Positions 10,101 through 20,000 of a DNA stretch of 20,000 nucleotides are shown here, piece by piece. Positions within the stretch are counted from its first letter, which is position 1. Each line of letters starts with the position of its first letter. The DNA comes from Chromera velia. Lineage: Eukaryota. The notes below the pieces were generated by a model. That model saw only the letters and a program-made list of their open reading frames with translations. It did no database searches and was not told the DNA's origin. Location: positions 118,061-138,060 of the forward strand of contig JAHBMJ010000090.1 in assembly GCA_018398765.1 (NCBI GenBank), given 5' to 3'. The position numbers and the translations under genes are program-made.

Positions 10101-10456
10101 AAGGATTGAAAAACGAATAGAAGGAGGAATAAGAGTTGTATCACACATAAACGGACCGAGTGGAGAGAGTTTATCAGCGGCACCCTGCACTCTGTTCATT
10201 CGGACGCGCTCGCTGCGCGAAGAGGAGAGCTGGCAACAAAGAAGAAAGAAGAAGGGAAAGTAAATAAAGAAAAGGAATGTATCGATGCATGGTATGCATT
10301 TGATGCGCCCTCAAGTGTATGTACCTGCCCCCATTTCCCCTAACCCCCGTCGAGAGAGAGAACAGAAGTAATCATACAGAGGACATGACCATCTATACCC
10401 AGAGACACCATTTACATCCTACTTACCCCCTTCATAATAAGAACGGTGGAGTACCT

Positions 10457-10906
10457 CTACGCAGCATTCTGGGGGGACTGTATGAGGCGGACCCACATCA
10501 CCTCCCCGGTGGTGGTCGGGAGAGCAACTCTCCCCGAGAAACGATCGACATAGGGAGTTGAAGAAAGAACATCAGATGATTCTGTCACTCCTGGATGGTT
10601 GGTCAAATTTCCTATAATGGGCACAACTGCTGTCCCACCGCTGAAGAGAAGAACTTCCAATAGAACCAAAGCTTTCTCAGTCATGACTGTCCTCCCCCCC
10701 TCTCGCTTGCCAAATGCCTCTGAATATTGAAAAACATAAGGCCATCGTTTGATGATGTACGGTAACACCACTGACAAAGGAAGCAGGGTGAAGGTACACT
10801 CCGTGTCCATACGGAGGGGGGCAACTGACTTTGGGACAGGACGAGAGACGGTTAGTACAAAAGATGAGTCAGAAGCCATATGGGCGTACTCATAACTCCC
10901 ATTCAC
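10457..10906 (-). pseudogene. Retrotransposon aspartic protease, active site degenerate
   Basis: PLRMDTECTFTLLP (DTG to DTE, one G-to-A change from GGG) and a later PIIG motif; located between gag and integrase. Confidence 0.75.
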
Positions 10907-10929
10907 TCCCTCTTAATTCTCGTGATCTG

Positions 10930-12196
10930 TTACGATTGCTCCTGTAAATCTGCGGATAAAGTCTTCAAGACTTTCTTCTTGACCGGGCTGGCTGTTCTCA
11001 CCTTCATTCTCCATAGCCAATTTGGCTCTTTCTCTACGCGGACCCTGTGATGCCTGCTGTCTGTCTCTATTGTACGCCCCCTTCTGCTATTCTTTTCCCA
11101 CTTTCTGTAGGAAGGCCTGTACGAGGGCATATGCTATTTTGTCTACTGGAGGTGGCAGGGGGGTGTTCTGTCTCTGCCCCCCCCCCCCCACTGCTGGAGG
11201 ATGATCTTTCCTGCCCTCTCTGCCCATTTTCCTTTCCTTTCTTGTCACCTTTTTTCTTCCCCTACCTCTCATACTTCCCCATCACTCCCCTCAGTTGAGC
11301 CACTGTCTCTTCAGAAATATCAGGGAAACAGTGTTCTTCTACGAGGGATTCAAGGGCACACACTGACTCTTGCGAGGGCATCTTAAAGAAGTGTGCCCCC
11401 CCCCCTTTTCTTTGGATCTTAAGTTGGAGACAACAAGTGGAATCACAGATTCAACTTTGAATTCCTTGCTCTGCTTCCTATCTGACACCTTCAAGACCCC
11501 TTGGAGGGCGGAAGGAACCCATTTTTTCCTATTGATACCTTGGCTCTCCATGTCTGTCCTAGAATACAACTCAGAAAAGAAAGACTTCTGACAGATGAGT
11601 GAAGATTTGATGGGTGCTGAATGGTTGCTTTGATCTGCTACTGCTTGGTTGCCCCACAGAGGGGCGATTCTCTTAACTTCTTCTGGCATACAGCGCTAAA
11701 ACAGAATCCCTGCCAACCTATCTCCAATATCCACCCCAAGTTTCTTCATCTCTGCGTACACAAGCGAGAAACACTCTAATGACTCTTGAAGAGACAGAGA
11801 CGCGATGGAAATGAAACAAAATATGAAGAAGAGGGAGTAAAAGAGAAGATGGATCATGGAGTCTTCATCTACCTGCAGATCAAGGTTCTTGATCGGCTCT
11901 GCGTACGTCGTCTTCGCCCAATTTCGAAGCTTCTTCTCATACTCGGCATCTGTGTCAGCCTCCTTCTGGAGAACAGCATAACCGCTTTCACTCTGAATCG
12001 ATTAGACAAGAGAAAGGATCGATTCGTCAGACTCAAGGCACATGATCATTAAAGAATCTCCGAGAAGTTGGAGAACTTTGACAGATGCAGTACCGCCCAC
12101 CTAGATGGAGATAGCTTCTCCATATTTCTGAGGAGTAGAGAATTCCGAACGGGCTGGAGGATGGTCAGATGACCACTGAATTTTCTCTTTAGACAT
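10930..12196 (-). pseudogene. Disrupted gag region
   Basis: ATG at 12196 just inside the PBS; fragmented ORFs at 11339-11689 and 10930-11130. Assigned by position only; no zinc knuckle recognised. Confidence 0.55.
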
Positions 12197-12228
12197 GACA
12201 ACAGATCAAAACAGCAAAATAAAAATGA

Positions 12229-12241
12229 GGCTATTGACCGC
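12229..12241 (-). other. Candidate primer binding site, resembling the complement of a tRNA-Asn anticodon arm
   Basis: Minus-strand GCGGTCAATAGCC follows the 5' LTR directly and has no TGG. Its complement GGCTATTGACCGC is two transitions from the typical tRNA-Asn anticodon-arm sequence GGCTGTTAACCG(C), recalled rather than searched. Confidence 0.45.
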
Positions 12242-12537
12242 AGATAATCAAAGTATAGGTCATACGGACGTATACTAGCTATGCCATCATCGAGCTCAGG
12301 ATCACAGAGCCCTTTAGCTTGGACAACATACTCATGTATAGAAAGTCTGTCTGTCTAAAGGTCTGAACTGAAACCTCCTGATGTCGATTTATCGATCTCA
12401 ATCACCGCAAAGATGAAACTGAAATAAAATGTATGCAGAAATACAATACGCATGGAAACGCATGCACGGCAGCGTGGCGGCGCGGGCCGATGGCGGCGTC
12501 GCTCGCAGTGGCGGCGACAGACCTACATAGCTCTACT
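12242..12537 (-). repeat. 5' LTR (296 bp)
   Basis: agataatcaaag...agctctact; same length as, and ungapped with, 2539-2834. Confidence 0.95.
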
Positions 12538-12542
12538 TTCAA
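12538..12542. repeat. Right target-site duplication TTCAA
   Basis: Identical to 2534-2538. Confidence 0.9.
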
Positions 12543-13061
12543 TATAGAAGACTAAATCTATAACAAATAATAATTAATAAAGCATTTGCTTGATTTTAAT
12601 TTAATAATGATATCTTAAGATTTTTAATATTAATTTTAAGATTAAAAATGAAGCTAGATACATAAAAGAATAACTTAGAATATCAATTAAAGACAAAAAA
12701 ATCTTGTAAAAAAATAAAACTGAAAGCTAGCCACTTATACAAACTTTAAAAATCTGTTAATCATTTTTTTTATATGCAAATAACCTAGCAAGTAGCATCC
12801 TAGAGGTAACAGTCTAAAAGACTTATTGTGTAAATTTTTTTTTTAGGTATGTAGATGCAAATTTGATTAATATACAGAAAGTTAATTATCATTTTTATAC
12901 ATAATTAAAAGGCTTTTCATTAAAAAAAAATGAAACCTTTATTATTCTAAAAATGTTGTATGACTATAGTTGTACGAGCTATTAATAGCCTATTATTAGA
13001 AATAATTAAAAAAAAAATAATCCTTACCTATGTATATGTTTCAGTTTCTTTGCAAATATAG
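12543..13061. other. Very AT-rich, CpG-depleted tract
   Basis: I counted only 18 G/C in 12541-12660 (85% AT). One CpG seen (~12975) and many TpA/CTAG. Borders are sharp at the LTR and near the TTL-like stop codon. Confidence 0.85.
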
Positions 13062-19513
<6,452 letters not shown>

Positions 19514-19564
19514 GATTCAGGGGGGAAGCAGTGTCGAATGGAGCTTTCCGTCGACTGACGATCG

Positions 19565-19740
19565 AGCATGCATGCATGAATCCGAGAAAAAAGGTCAGAC
19601 ATGCATTCGCAGCCCAATCTCGCAATTTTTGACAAAATTGATCCATGCATGTACTTTCAGAGCGCGAATTCGCGCACAAACACCGCGCGACTTCATGCAT
19701 GAGACGTCCGCGTATACCCTGGACATTAATTTGTGTGCAT
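19565..19740. promoter_or_regulatory. TGCATG-rich putative promoter region of the TTL-like gene
   Basis: gcatgcatgcatg at ~19566 and further catgcat copies (~19600, ~19644, ~19694) just upstream of the predicted ATG at 19513. Confidence 0.3.
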
Positions 19741-20000
19741 TTTTATAAAAAATAAATTATAGATGCATTCAACTTTAAAGAAATCTAGTCCTGAAGAAAA
19801 TTTACTTTTCAAATCATTTACTGTCATTTAACATTGACATGAAACTTTTCTTTCCTTGCAATTTGTGACACAAAGTCTGATTTCTCTGTTCTCTCCCTGG
19901 GTGCACCGCTCATCTCCAAAGCAAGGGGGGTGTGCGGGGTTTGCACGACAGATTTCACACTGCGTGACAGGGCGATGAGCCGGCCTGGAAGGTTCAGTCT

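Larger units (their letters stand above)
2539..12537 (-). mobile_element. Full-length, mutationally inactivated Ty1/copia LTR retrotransposon with a nested insertion
   Basis: Two 296-bp direct repeats flanked by a 5-bp TSD. Minus-strand domain order is gag-PR-IN-RT-RH (copia order), with recognisable motifs and a PPT next to the 3' LTR. Several in-frame stops and at least one frameshift are present. Confidence 0.95.

Noticed and set aside
12540..12541. Apparent canonical TG start of the 5' LTR (minus-strand TGAAAGTAG)
   Set aside because: These bases belong to the TTCAA TSD and are not shared with the 3' LTR, where the PPT occupies this position.

Overview
Eukaryotic DNA: GT-AG introns, long CA/GA/GACA microsatellites and frequent TGCATGCA motifs suggest an alveolate/chromerid-like protist, though that is inference only. 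From left to right the window holds four things. (1) A decayed RLE-type non-LTR retrotransposon fragment at 1-200 (minus strand). (2) A multi-pass membrane protein gene at ~743-1972 (plus). (3) A complete but mutated Ty1/copia LTR retrotransposon at 2539-12537 (minus), with two 296-bp LTRs, a 5-bp TSD (TTCAA), non-canonical AG...CT termini and a possible half-tRNA-Asn primer site. Its RNase H is split by a ~3.9-kb nested insertion containing a ~540-bp foldback, and a very AT-rich tract follows the element. (4) A 13-exon gene at 13062-19513 (minus; ~797 aa by manual splicing) encoding a highly divergent tubulin-tyrosine-ligase-like ATP-grasp protein with altered catalytic motifs. The two LTRs differ almost only by C-to-T/G-to-A transitions in CpG/CpA context, a methylation- or RIP-like signature. 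Most ORFs in the supplied track are microsatellite or antisense artefacts.
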